Origin: an uncultured Verrucomicrobiae bacterium
GTDB taxonomy: Bacteria > Verrucomicrobiota > Verrucomicrobiia > Limisphaerales > Palsa-1400
Assembly: GCA_963764165.1 (NCBI GenBank)
Contig: CAVXRD010000002.1
Coordinates: forward strand, 1,824,001-1,888,000
Length of the DNA stretch: 64,000 nucleotides
Direction: 5' to 3'
In this document: positions 19,028 through 31,025 of the stretch, piece by piece
How positions within the stretch are numbered: position 1 is the first letter of the stretch
Layout: each line of letters starts with the position of its first letter
Made by a program: the position numbers and the translations under genes
The notes under the pieces: model-generated
What the model saw: only the letters and a program-made list of their open reading frames with translations
Database searches by the model: none
Told to the model about the DNA's origin: nothing

Positions 19028-22000
19028 GCCGGAGCCACAAACGGCACCTACACTGTCGCAGACGTCCAGAGCAACATCAATACGGGCAACTATGTGGTTG
19101 TTATTTCGAATGCCTTTGACGTTCTAACCAGCGCGGTCGCAACCTTATCGGATATTCATGTGGCGCCTTCCTTCGTTTACGTTCCTATTTCTCAGTCAGT
19201 TGTGGAAGGCGACATGGTGGCCTTCAGTGCGAAGGCAATCGGAACCGAGCCGATTGCCTATCAGTGGCAGGTCTGGAGCAACGGGTCGCTGGTTGATCTT
19301 CCTGGCCAAACAAACTCACAATGGGTGGATGCCAATATGCAATACGGGGATGGCGGCACATATGCCATTGTTGCGTCAAATGCATCCGGCGAGACGCAGT
19401 ACACTAATGCCGTTTTAACTGACGTGAGCTGCGATGGTGACGAAAGCTGCCCCAACAATGGGGCCGTCATGCCAGTATTCGGCCCCCGTCAAGATTACAC
19501 ATTTCAAGCTAATATAACCTATTACATTTTTTCAGGCACGCCATTTATAACTGGAGACTTTTATTTACCTGTTTCCACTAACAACGTTGTCGATTTGTAT
19601 GGAACAACTACGATTCAGGGCGGGGCGGTAATAAAGTTTGATTATGACGAATGGTCACAGGAAACAAACGCGATTTCCAGTATCGCCTCACTCGTGCTAC
19701 ACGGGCCTTTGGTCTGCGACACAGATCCTTACAAGCCCGCTATTTTAACGTCGATTGATGACGATTCTCAAGGTATGCAAGCTTGGGTTTGGTGGTTCGG
19801 CTATTATGACGTCAGTTCCGGTTCTCCTGCAACAGCCGCCAACGGTTGTGCCTACCTTAACTTGGACGACGTCCACGACACCAATGGCACATCTCTAAAT
19901 TATCTTAGATTTTGCTATGCGGACCAGGCGGTTACCACTCCGACCAACTCTGGCATTCTCGATATTTGGAATTGCCAGTTCGTGATGTGCAATCGGGCGC
20001 TTAATAGTTGGGCTAAGAACAGCCCCACCACCAATCGACTGCACAATGCTTTATTTAGTCATTGCGGGTACGCGATTGGATGCCAAACGAACCTTTCCGA
20101 AGTAGATGGGGAGCAAGTGACTGCAGACGTCTCTTCATTTTGGGATCCGGGACCTGCAGCCTGGAAGAGTCTTTCTCACAAACTCTATTGTAATAGGCGA
20201 TTTTGGTGGTGGACCGACTATTTCCAACTCGTGTGTCACTATTAATCCCGCAAACACACCTTTCCAGGCTGGGGACGACGCATTTTACTACCTGGCTGGC
20301 AGCAGCACTTGCCGCAGCAACGGAACAACCAACATAAGCACTTCGATGCGCCGTCAGTTAGCTCAAAAGACAACTCAAGCGCCTGTTTCGTTATCAGGTT
20401 CCACAAGTGTCACGAACGAATTCATTGATGGGTATTACAGCTACACCCAGACAGGGCTTGGCATTCAGGAAATGACGCTGTCACCGACGGTACAGAGATA
20501 TGCCGGTGGGGAGAGCGTCCCAGACCGGGGCTATTATTACGACCCCATAGACTATAGCGTCGCAGCTATAATTGTAACGAATGGAATTACCATTCTACCC
20601 GGAACGGTCGTCGCATTCAGGAACGATTTCCTTGCAGGTTTTTTTCTGCAGAACGGATCGTCGTTCAGGGCCAGAGGGGTGCCGACAAATCCGGTGATTT
20701 TCACCGACATCCAATTTGTTCAAGAAGGCCCTTTGCAGCCTGGTCTTGTATTGCAATGGCGTCCTCCTCAGTCGCATCCTTGGATCGATTTGGACATGTA
20801 CACATACGGCGGCATCGACTTTATTTGCCCTCAAGCCGGAGTGGCCACGACAAACATCGCTCCAACACTGGACCTTGAATTTTGCAATTTCTACATGACT
20901 ACAGAGGATCAGGCGATTTGGGGAGGGACGTTTGCAGGTTATCCAGGGCTGGGCTATTCATTTGCGTGTTCGGTTTATCTTACCATGCAAAACTGCGATC
21001 TGATGGGGGGCGGCATCTGTCTTGGGCCGCCGCTAGAATGCTGCGAATATCCCAACTGGATTTACCCATCGGGATCCGTAGTATGGAGAAATAACGCATT
21101 TGAGTCAGTCGAAATTGCGCTGTCCCCTTCTTTTACCACGACCGATGGCAGCGGGAATGATGGCACAGTCAACGTTGATCTTTCGTTTTACGCTGGAAAC
21201 AATCTGTTCAAAGGGGGACAAATTGGGATGACTCCAGTTATGACATCTTCAGGCAATTGGATCTTTAATAACAACCTATTCGATCAGGTTGAGATTAGCC
21301 AGTATGCCGCTGATCTCAACGCACAATATAACGGATATTGGCTGGCTCCGGATGGATCGCAGTTGACAAATAGCGACAGCAGCACGCTTACTGATCAATT
21401 TCTGACGGGTTCCCCTCCCTACGAAGCGGGACCCTTCGGAAAATATTACACGGCTCCGAACTCTAGGCTGTCTGGCGCCGGAAGCACAAACGCAAATCTG
21501 TTGGGGCAGTACTTCTATACAACAAAGACTAGCCAAGTCTTGGCGGCGGCATCGAACGCCGATATTGGTTTATATTACGTGGCAGCGGCCACTAACAACT
21601 CCGGCATTTGGGTTCCACTTGTCACAAATGGAATGCCCTGTTTTTTGGCCGATGTCGACGGCAATGGGATAATTCCTAGCAGCGATCCCAACAATGCCGT
21701 TTACGCAAACGTAGATTTTGACGGCGACGGTATGGTGGGCATTATTGAGTCAAACTTACTTAAGAATCCTCTCGCCGCTGACAACCCTCTGGCTTTAACA
21801 AACGTCTCCTTTAGCTCCGATAGTGCCACATTCGTAGTGGGCGTTAGCAGCACCCTAATCTCAGGTTTGGGAAAGGTCGTTTTGATGGTTGATGGGAATC
21901 CCGCCGCTACGAACCAATCCGGGAGTGGATCGGCGCAACTGGTCTGGAATACCACCGGGTATGCGGTTGGGAAAACTCACTATCTTCAAGCTCATTTAAT

Positions 22001-25000
22001 TCTGACGGGTTCAACCAATTTCGCCGATGGACCACTTCTCGCATTCAATATCCCAAGCGTCACCGTCCAACCGCCTAGCCAAACCAACGGAATAGGCGGC
22101 ACATCTGTCTTTACTGCATCCAGTCTGGGCTCTGGACCATACACATATCAGTGGTTTGACGGCACGACAAACATAAACGGTGCGACCAACAGCACCCTCA
22201 CGATCAATGATCTTTCAGTGGCAAGCAGCGGCACTTATACACTTTATGTTACGAATGCTCAAGGTGATTTTGTTGGCAGCTCCAGCGCGACCCTGGTGGT
22301 TTCCAACATATATATCGGAATCACGACTCAGCCAATGAGCCAGTCTATTTTCGAGCCGGACTCTGTGACATTTGCGGTGACGGCTTTGGGGACAAATTTG
22401 ACTTATCAATGGGGGCAAGTGGGCGGCGATGGAACATTCAGCCCTATTTCAGGCGCGACAGGGAGCAATTATACCGTATCCACAATGAACCCGCCGAATG
22501 TGACGGGTCCTTTTGAGGTTTTGATATCGAGTGTTACCACGGTGGGCACAAACAGTGTGACAAACTGTCTGTTTAGTTCCACTGCTACTCTGACTGACTT
22601 TGGTAATGTAGCGCAGGACTGGCCGGTTTTGCCCGTGGTGGGACCCCGCCAGAATTATACATTCCAAAGTGGCACGACTTATTTGGTGGGCTTTCCATTG
22701 GCCTCCGGCGTGGTGGACTTATACGGGGATACGGTCATCCAAGGCGGTACTGTTATTAAGTTCGACTATGACTTGGAAACCAATGATGCCACTCTGGTCC
22801 TTCACGGGAACCTGAATTGCACCGCCGGGGCCTATCGCCCGGCTATGCTGACCTCGATGGACGATGATTCCGAAGGCGAGGCGATGGGAAATCAGGCCAT
22901 TGAGGAGATAGCTGGCATCACGCCCGCCCCGGGTTACTGGTCTGATGGCCAGCCGCGTCCTGCCCGTCTGGGAACGACTTATTTAAACCTTGACGATGTC
23001 CAAAATGCGCTTTCGATCACCAATCTGCGCGTTTCTTACGCCGACAACGCGATCACCGTTCCAACGAATTCCGGCTCACTCCAACTTTGGAATTCGCAAT
23101 TTTACGCATGCAACACCGGAATCAACGGGGCGCCGTGCGCAGCAACCACGAATGGCCTGCACAATGTTCTGTTTGCCGATTGCTATTTGGCTGTCACCCT
23201 GCGCAGCGCGTATTCCGAGGTGGATGCGGAGCAGGTTACGGCTAATGTGGGTTCTTTTTGCGATCCGGAATATCCTCTTTCTCGGCTTGGAGTGACCAAC
23301 TCGATTATTCTCGGTGAAATTGGAGCAAGTTCTGAAGACGTTCTGGTGGATGTTGTCACGCCAAGCGGATGGCCATTTCAATCAGTCAATGACGGAAATT
23401 ATTACCTCCCGGCTGGCAGCCCATATCACAATGCGGGATCGACAAGCATCAGCCTCGGAATGCAGGCAGAGCTTCCAAAAAAGACCACTTATGCGCCTAT
23501 CTCATTTCCCTCCGGGATGGCGATCTCGGGACAAATGACGCTATTTCCACAGATTACACGCTGCACGAATACCGCTCCCGACTTGGGATTTTGCTATGAC
23601 GCGTTGGACTATACCATAGGGGATATGTATTTGTCCGGCGGCACCGTGACCGTGCTTCGCGGCACCGCGATTGGATTCCGCAACGACTTTTTTGGATGTA
23701 TTGGGCTGGCCAACAATTCCTTGTTCACCGGGCAGGGAACGCCAACACAGCCAATCATTTTTGCCGATAACTCGCTGGTGCAAGAAGGACCGTTTGCGCC
23801 AGGCCTTGTTTACAATCAATGGTGGGGTGAGAGCTGGATAAGCTACGGCTTTGTGGCTAGCCCTTACGGAGGCCAGGCGTTCTTCATGCCGGCGGCGGCA
23901 ATAAATGACACAAACGACGTCGCGCCGCAGCTCAATCTTCGCTTTTGCGATTTTTACATGACGGCGGATAATTTCGCCGTGGAAGCAGGGGTCGCCTTGG
24001 GATCCGAGGGATATCCCCTTCTTGGCTCAGACGGAGCCCCGCTGTCTCCTTCCAGTTCGGTGGTTTTGAACCTGCAAGATTGCAGCCTTTATGGTGGGCA
24101 AATCGTCCTGGGAACTCCCTTCTTGGAGAGCACATATGAGAGCGACACCAATCCGCCCGGGTCTGTTTCCTGGGTTAACGACCTTTTTCAGGGCACCTTC
24201 ATTGTGCTGGCCCCTGGCGCTGGGGGTAACGGGCCGTATGTGGACCTTTCATTTCAGGCGTATAACAACCTGTTTAAGGGAGGAGTCTTGGATTTGCAAA
24301 CAATAACGAGCTCTCAAGGCCCCTGGGTGATGAATGATAATCTGTTCGACGGAATGGTCCTTCGTCAAGATTCGGGAACGTTCAGTCACGATTGCAATGG
24401 CTACTGGACAAATGATGTGCCCTTCAATATGTTTATGTGGATGTTTGGCGGACCTGAATATGAGTTTTTCTCGTTCCCATCCGACGAGGTGTTGGTGACG
24501 AACGCCCTCCCGTATCAGATTGGCGCTCTTGGCAACTATTATCTGCCGACGAACACGCAGCTTTACCAGAAAGGGAGTCGAACAAATGGGGCCGCTGGAC
24601 TTTGTCAGTATACGACAACGACAAATCAAACAAAATATCTTGGAGCGCAGATGGTGGATATTGGATTGCACTACGTTGCCGCCTCAAACAGTGCCGCTGG
24701 TTGGGTGCCTCTCGATACAGATGGCGATGGAATTCCTGACTATGTAGAGGATGCGATGGGAAATAACGCCACAGGCAGTACCGCCTTGTCGCTTAACGAA
24801 ACTGATTGGACAAACCCGATGAGTGACGGTGTAAACCACGATTCAAGCAACGCAGTTTATATGAATATTGACCTTGATGGTGATGGACTGGCGGGCGGAA
24901 TGGAATTGGCCCTAGAATGCAATCCTCTTATTGCGGGCAATCCGCTTAATTTGGCGCAAATTATTACCGGCCAAGAGCCGGACATAGTAACTTTTAAGGT

Positions 25001-26483
25001 ATTTACAAACTACACCTTCTTAACCAACCTCGGTAGTATTGAGCTTTGGATGGATGGTGGTCCGGGTCCGTTAGTACAAATGCCTCCGCAATCTGGTGAG
25101 GGCGGAGAGGCGATAATTTCGTGGAACACTACCTTTGATGCACCGGGACAACACTTTTTGCAAGCCAGGCTCAACTGCACCTCAATAGATCTTAGCTTAA
25201 CACCTCGACCTATTACAGTGGCGGCTGGCCCAATTTTAGTTTTTGATTCCAGCAACGCAATTCAGTTTGATCCCTATTACTGCGACTTTAGCGGGAACGG
25301 TGCAACGCTTTTTGCTCAAGCCGCGGTTGGCACGCAGTACTCGATTCAACTGGTGAGCCCAGGCGGTGAGTATGTATACAGCACATCTGGAACAGTAACG
25401 GAAGAACCTTCCATCAATAAATTTTGGGGTGCCACCAATGCCGACGGAAGTGCTTACACGAATGATTGGGTGCTCGCGATGTTCTCGATCATGCCACCAG
25501 GAGCATCCAGTTCTGAGGCGCATCCACTCGTGCTTTTCGGGAATGGACTAGGGTTAAATGATGGCGATTTTACGGTTGCCTATTCATGGAACACCATGAG
25601 CGGAATTGGCGGCATTTTGGATCAATGTATTGGTCTCGGGGCCGTGAATACATTAATGACACCTGATAGTGCTGGTGCTCCCAATCCTAATTGCTACAAC
25701 TCGACGTTCAATCTTTATGGCGATCCGATCTTCTTTTCCGGGGGAGATGCAGGATATATCTCGGACGCAAATGACATTAACAACCTGCTTCAAAATCTTT
25801 CAACCACAGTTGATTATAGGAGTGGCGTTTCCCAAACGAGAGATTTTTACTGGTACGGAGAAGGGTCTGAGTCGGCTATAAATATTCAGGTGAATAAAGC
25901 TTCTATAACCGCCAATCAAGTGCGGTTGGCTTTATCGAATTATCCTAGCGTTTACGTTCCCGGTCCTATTGGTATATTTCCGCCATTTCCTCAGGGCCCT
26001 GGTACGTGGACAACACCCATCACAGTGCATCCGTACCGTTTTGTATTTTTAGACTGCTGCTACGCGGGTGCTGACAGTTGTTGGGCGCAAGCATTTGGTA
26101 TATTCGGACACTCTAGCTTTGCGGATGTTTCTGGAAATCCAGAAAGAGCTTGCGCATTTTTAGGCTGGAATGGCGAAGTGGCAAATGTATATGGCAGTGA
26201 TGAATGTCAAGAGTATTCATATACCTTGTCGCTTTTCTTCGAATTGTGGCAAGGCGGCTCATCCCTGGATGAGTGTGTACAAGCATGCTCCAGGAGGGGC
26301 AGTCCGGGTCCTCCGTTGGATCCCTATAACCAGATCAACATAACATTCCCGCTAGGGCTGCCAAAGAGTAGTTTTGCTCTACCTCCGACAAGACCGGGTG
26401 CCGCGCCCAATCCTTTGCCCGGTGCATACATTAGCTATTATGGATACCCTGGGCTTACTCGTCTTGGCTTTGCTCCCGAATGA
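19028..26483 (+). pseudogene. Giant Ig-domain/beta-rich surface protein with ~1050-aa internal duplication; 5' truncated and frameshifted at ~20150
   Basis: Ig motifs (YQWQ, GATNSTLTI); paired repeats PVFGPRQDYTFQ/PVVGPRQNYTFQ and VDLYG..IQGG.VIKFDYD. ORFs 18716-20245 and 20346-26483 join on removing one base at ~20150. Confidence 0.8.
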
Positions 26484-27319
26484 GAGGACCGTGTTATATG
26501 AATGATTTCTGCTACAGGGATAGAGGGTTGCTTCGGTTCATTATAAGTTTTGTGCTATTGCCTTTGGTCTTTGATTGCCGTGGAAGTGAGCAGGAACTTT
26601 TAAGTACTAACGCGACGGGTGTTTCGGTTTTATCTAGCTTCGACTGGAGATTCAAAACTCGTGCCTATGAAAAGGAGGCATTGAGTGTGATGATTGGAGA
26701 GGTGAACGATGTTGCGCGACGGCTTAAACTGAATGAGAATCTTCCGCTTACTACTAATGACATTACAAGCGTTCATATAAGCCCCCCTGCTTTAGGGATG
26801 ATGTTTGCTACTATTTCTAGCAGAAATTACATCTACTATGCGAGCGCTGGGAAGAAGTTTTCCGGGTTAGGTATGATAGAGTTAAGTAAGAACTTTGTTG
26901 AGGCGAAGGCTAAATATCGTATGCCGATTGGTGGTTTGGACACTAATAATGCATTTCAATTGGGACGGCAGATCATGGAAGAGGCGGGCATGGATGTTGA
27001 TGGATTGGGGCGAGACTGCACAGTGGAGATTACACCTTCTTTTCCAGACGGACGTAACGGAAAATACTTTGTGCCAATTTATATGATAAGTTGGCGCAAA
27101 GCGGGGAAGATTGCGGCATATGTTGACGTTTTAGTTCCGACGAGTTCAGTCCGTCAGCTTTCGGTTCGGGATCCGGCATACATTCTTAGGAAGCCTTTAA
27201 CAACTACCAATTTGTTAGAAACAATGATTGAAGGCGGCGCATCGCCTGCTCTTTTGGAGAGAATGGGCCTAAAAGCAACAAATTTGCTAGTAGATCCGAA
27301 ATCGAACGGCATAAAGTAA
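26480..27319 (+). CDS. Hypothetical exported protein coupled to the giant protein
   Basis: ATGA overlap with the upstream stop; hydrophobic N-terminal segment; AT-rich. Confidence 0.75.
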   Translation: MRGPCYMNDFCYRDRGLLRFIISFVLLPLVFDCRGSEQELLSTNATGVSVLSSFDWRFKTRAYEKEALSVMIGEVNDVARRLKLNENLPLTTNDITSVHISPPALGMMFATISSRNYIYYASAGKKFSGLGMIELSKNFVEAKAKYRMPIGGLDTNNAFQLGRQIMEEAGMDVDGLGRDCTVEITPSFPDGRNGKYFVPIYMISWRKAGKIAAYVDVLVPTSSVRQLSVRDPAYILRKPLTTTNLLETMIEGGASPALLERMGLKATNLLVDPKSNGIK

Positions 27320-27392
27320 TTTTAAACGAGCCAATTGAGACAAAACGGACTCTCAGGACTCGTTTTCGAGATCTCCTGCCACAGTGCCCTCA

Positions 27393-28925
27393 CTAAATCC
27401 CACCAGCCAACGCCAACCCCTTCCATCCTCTCCTCCACTTTCCATTACCAGCACCCAAATCGTGTCTGTATTTGAGACCCAGCCCAATCTCGATCTCCTC
27501 CTTGGCCAATCCGTTAAAATCCGGTGACGAGAACGGCCTCAGATGATTGTTTCGGCACCATTCCTGATAATGTTCATACAAATCCGACACTCCCAATTCT
27601 GAGTCCTTCTTCTTCACCAATGCAGAACGGACGAAGGCTTTGGGACTGTCGGACGCCAATAATAATGCGGCAGCTCGGGCTTTCTGTTCCGTCGTCTGCG
27701 TCAGCTGGAGCCTGTCTTTGACCAGCTTCGCGCGTCCTTCAATCAGCCAATTTAATATGCCTGATGATTCGTCCCTCAGGATTATCTCAGCCAACTTCCC
27801 AAAGTGTTTTTCGTGGGTGGGGGTTTTGAACGACAGCACCACCAATCTTCTTAGCCAGGCCTCGGAATCCTCGTCCAAGTGTATTTTTGGCTTTCCGTTG
27901 CAGGCCAAAACTATAGGAAACACGCCCTCCAGGACCATTCGCTCATCGTTGGCCTTCACGTTAGCCCACAATGGATCGCCGCCCACCAACTGTTTGAATA
28001 TGCTGGCGTCCCTTCGTTTGAGGAAGTCTGTGGGCATGTCTGGATGGAAGAGGAGGTGTTTGCCTGCGTAATGGGAAAGTTCAAATTCGTCTCGGAAAAG
28101 CTGCTCCCTGATAATGCCGACCCTGTTCCATCCGACCACATTGCCGAGGATCTTCATTAAAGTCGACTTGCCCCATCCAGCATCTCCGGTCAGAATGAGG
28201 ATGGTTTGACTGTGGTTGATGCCTTCGAGGATCTGAGACAAATATCGTTGCAACAGGTCGATGTCTTCAGGACTGAGGATATGGGCCAGGAACGACTGCA
28301 GAAACATATTGCACTTGGCTTCGGGATCATATTTTACAGGGAGCGTTTGTATAATTGGGCGGGCGGGGCTGGAAGCGTGGAATATGATTGGGTCGGTCAA
28401 TTGCAGCACTCCGTTGGCCAGGCTGATGCGGAGACGTTTGCAGTCGTCAAAGAACGTTCCGTCGACTGCAAGAATATCTTTGGCGCGTTCGACTACGCGG
28501 TTCAATCGGGAGCGATTCTTGAGCGCCAGAAAGCTGCGTGCATTGGTGTGTGGCGGCAAGAATGGCACACATTGTTCGAGTCCATCCAAAAGATGGCCGA
28601 CAACTGTTGATTCTGAAATCGGCTCGTAAATGCCCTTGTTGCCATTATAGCGCCTGAATTGATTCTCGGCCGATACCCATACAGTTGGAGATTCAGGATT
28701 GCCGTCTGGACCAAGTGTGTGCGCCCAAAACTCATCCCTGAGTTCCAAAATGTCGAGTCGGGGAGCCGCACTGACCATTCCACTCTCCTTTTCAAGGAAT
28801 GCATCAAAGTGCTTCGCGACGTTCGGATACACGATCGCCGCTGCCTCATTGGCTGTGGCGGCGTGTTGTTGCAAGATTCGGGGTTGGATGGCGTCTGCGG
28901 CCGTTCTGTCGATTGGTTGATTCAT
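27393..28925 (-). CDS. P4/D5-like SF3 helicase (phage/plasmid primase-helicase family, primase domain not evident)
   Basis: D5_N-like LANGVL..PVKYDPEAKC; Walker A GDAGWGKST; KQLVGGD; LACNGKP; AWLRRLVVLSF; C-terminal LYEHYQEWC. Confidence 0.9.
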   Translation of the reverse strand: MNQPIDRTAADAIQPRILQQHAATANEAAAIVYPNVAKHFDAFLEKESGMVSAAPRLDILELRDEFWAHTLGPDGNPESPTVWVSAENQFRRYNGNKGIYEPISESTVVGHLLDGLEQCVPFLPPHTNARSFLALKNRSRLNRVVERAKDILAVDGTFFDDCKRLRISLANGVLQLTDPIIFHASSPARPIIQTLPVKYDPEAKCNMFLQSFLAHILSPEDIDLLQRYLSQILEGINHSQTILILTGDAGWGKSTLMKILGNVVGWNRVGIIREQLFRDEFELSHYAGKHLLFHPDMPTDFLKRRDASIFKQLVGGDPLWANVKANDERMVLEGVFPIVLACNGKPKIHLDEDSEAWLRRLVVLSFKTPTHEKHFGKLAEIILRDESSGILNWLIEGRAKLVKDRLQLTQTTEQKARAAALLLASDSPKAFVRSALVKKKDSELGVSDLYEHYQEWCRNNHLRPFSSPDFNGLAKEEIEIGLGLKYRHDLGAGNGKWRRGWKGLALAGGI

Positions 28926-28988
28926 ATTGATTCTGATACGTTGAATTTGATGGGGACAGGGGTTTTGAACTGTCCTTGTCCAAACTAT

Positions 28989-29933
28989 TTACTGTTTGCT
29001 CGCAGGTGGGGGCGGAGCCGGCACTGTTGATTCAGAAGCAGAGGCTTTTGGTCTTCTCATATACATGCGGGCGGGTTTTGCGGATTGGGCCTTGGAGATT
29101 AACGCCTGATCGCTTCGAGCATAAAAGCATTTCAAGTCAGCTTTGAGCGACCGATTTGAATCGTTCAGCCAATGGATCATCGCTTTCTTGGCCTCCTCAT
29201 CTATAGTAATCTCGGGCACCGGAAACGCCTTTACGATGGTTTTGCATTTCTCCCTCCTCTTTCGCCCGGTGTTTATTGCCGCGATGTCCTCGGCAGAATA
29301 GGTTACGCCAAAGTTCGTGCAGATGACAAGCAGGTCGACTACCTTGCGACTTCGGTCGTTTTCCGGTTTGTCAAACTGGTCAATCACTTTAATTTCGGCC
29401 TTTGTGGTATCGAATGGAACTTCTTTGACGATATGCTTGCAGCTTGCCGCATCCTTTTTATTTTCCGCGAGGAGGCGCAAGTCTTCATCGGATAACGTAA
29501 ACTGGTGGGCTATGCGCGAGCTATCGTTTGCAGCGTCGATTTCCATTTTACGAAGCTGCCAGTCGTTTCGTCTTTTCTGTTCTTCAAGCCATCTGAGTCG
29601 ATCTTCTTCGGCGAGTTTGGCGTCGTAATATTCTTTAAATTTCGCAAACTGGTTGATTACCGCCGGGGACATGCCAAGGCAGCCAATGTAGCTGGGGTCC
29701 GCGTAGTTGTGATGCAGCCACTTTAACCAGTTGGGCGCCGGTTCAACTTTGAAGTCGATAGCGAGTTTCTTACGCTCGATGAAATCCGACCACAATATCC
29801 AAGGAGCCTTGTCGCGGCTCAATTCATCGAAGAAGTCGTAACACTTCTGATTGTTGTAGAGCGCTTCAAAGGTTTCATCATTCCAGACCTTTGCGGGCTG
29901 CGTGCATTTAAGTAGCGAAAATATGGTACTCAT
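28989..29933 (-). CDS. Hypothetical protein of the replication operon
   Basis: 314-aa ORF co-oriented between the initiator-like gene and the helicase. Confidence 0.7.
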   Translation of the reverse strand: MSTIFSLLKCTQPAKVWNDETFEALYNNQKCYDFFDELSRDKAPWILWSDFIERKKLAIDFKVEPAPNWLKWLHHNYADPSYIGCLGMSPAVINQFAKFKEYYDAKLAEEDRLRWLEEQKRRNDWQLRKMEIDAANDSSRIAHQFTLSDEDLRLLAENKKDAASCKHIVKEVPFDTTKAEIKVIDQFDKPENDRSRKVVDLLVICTNFGVTYSAEDIAAINTGRKRREKCKTIVKAFPVPEITIDEEAKKAMIHWLNDSNRSLKADLKCFYARSDQALISKAQSAKPARMYMRRPKASASESTVPAPPPPASKQ

Positions 29934-29957
29934 GGTGAATTAGTTTCTGTTGCGCGT

Positions 29958-31025
29958 TTAGTGAAGATCAAGGCTGTCCAAGAGCTGCATGAGGAGCTTC
30001 CCGGCCTCCTCATCGGTTGCATCGGCGATTCTCTGCCCCAGTTCTGGATGGTTGGCGAGGTGGTCATTCAATTCATCGGCGTGGTACTCGTAGCGTTTAA
30101 CGTACGAAACGGGAATGTGATAGTTGGGATCCAAAGCTTCATCATCGTGGGAGGAAGTTGTGGGTTGAGACGGAACGGAACCGCCATCACGCGCACCGGA
30201 ACCAGCACAAGCCGTTGACGGCAGAGAAACCGGGGCGGACACAATTGAACCCGATGACATTCCATGACCTTCCTCCCTTGACGCTGATGAACCCTTCTCA
30301 CTTGACCTTGATTCACTTTCTTTGGGTCCTGGCGAGGCCGCAGCGAGAGCCGGAGCGTTCAGCGCAGGCGCAGCGGAGGCGGAGCCGGGCGTTATTTGTT
30401 GTTTTTTGATTTTTTTCTCGTCTTGGACTATTTCATTATCATTAGTGGGCGCTGAATGCCCTGGTCTTAGGGCATTGGCGGACGGTCCTGAATGCCCTGC
30501 TGAAAGGTCGCTCAACGCCCCGTGCGATTCACTTGCAGGGCGTTCAGGTGCGGCTCCGACTGCCGGGCATTGAGCGCCATCCTCTGATTGCCCGGCATTC
30601 GTGGAGGGTTCCGGATGCCCTTCATTTGATACACTTTCACCTCTGCTCGAAGGCCCCCAATCTGATTCATAAACCTTTTTGACGACCTTGTATCGCTTGG
30701 CTCCCTTCCTGGTTCGTGCTGCACTTCCGCTTCCGTCGGTAATCAATTCGAGCGCTCCGCGTCCGGCCAGCATGCGAAGGTGCGTATTTATAGCCTTGAG
30801 GCCTATGCCGGTATTATAGTGAATGTCCGGTGCGTTGTATTCAAAGGGATAGACGTAGCCATCGCTCTCCGACTTTTGTTTCCTGCTGTCGATATACAGG
30901 AGCGTCAAAAGGAGACTGTATTTGCCATTTTCATAAAGCCCTTTTGCCAAGGACATGGAAATGGAGCCAAAGTGAATTGGCTTGCTGTTGTTCTTCTTGC
31001 GATTTGTCGGAACTATAGTTTTCAT
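29958..31025 (-). CDS. Putative replication initiator with N-terminal winged HTH
   Basis: LLLTLLYIDS...APDIHYNTGIGLKAINTHLRMLAGRGALEL (wHTH pattern), then a low-complexity linker whose DNA carries iteron-like repeats. Confidence 0.6.
   Translation of the reverse strand: MKTIVPTNRKKNNSKPIHFGSISMSLAKGLYENGKYSLLLTLLYIDSRKQKSESDGYVYPFEYNAPDIHYNTGIGLKAINTHLRMLAGRGALELITDGSGSAARTRKGAKRYKVVKKVYESDWGPSSRGESVSNEGHPEPSTNAGQSEDGAQCPAVGAAPERPASESHGALSDLSAGHSGPSANALRPGHSAPTNDNEIVQDEKKIKKQQITPGSASAAPALNAPALAAASPGPKESESRSSEKGSSASREEGHGMSSGSIVSAPVSLPSTACAGSGARDGGSVPSQPTTSSHDDEALDPNYHIPVSYVKRYEYHADELNDHLANHPELGQRIADATDEEAGKLLMQLLDSLDLH
30391..30621. promoter_or_regulatory. Putative replication origin: ~8 AAYGCCC-type iterons plus AT-rich tract
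   Basis: Copies at 30453, 30469(rc), 30489, 30512, 30537(rc), 30564(rc), 30585, 30612; AT-rich 30391-30444. Confidence 0.65.
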
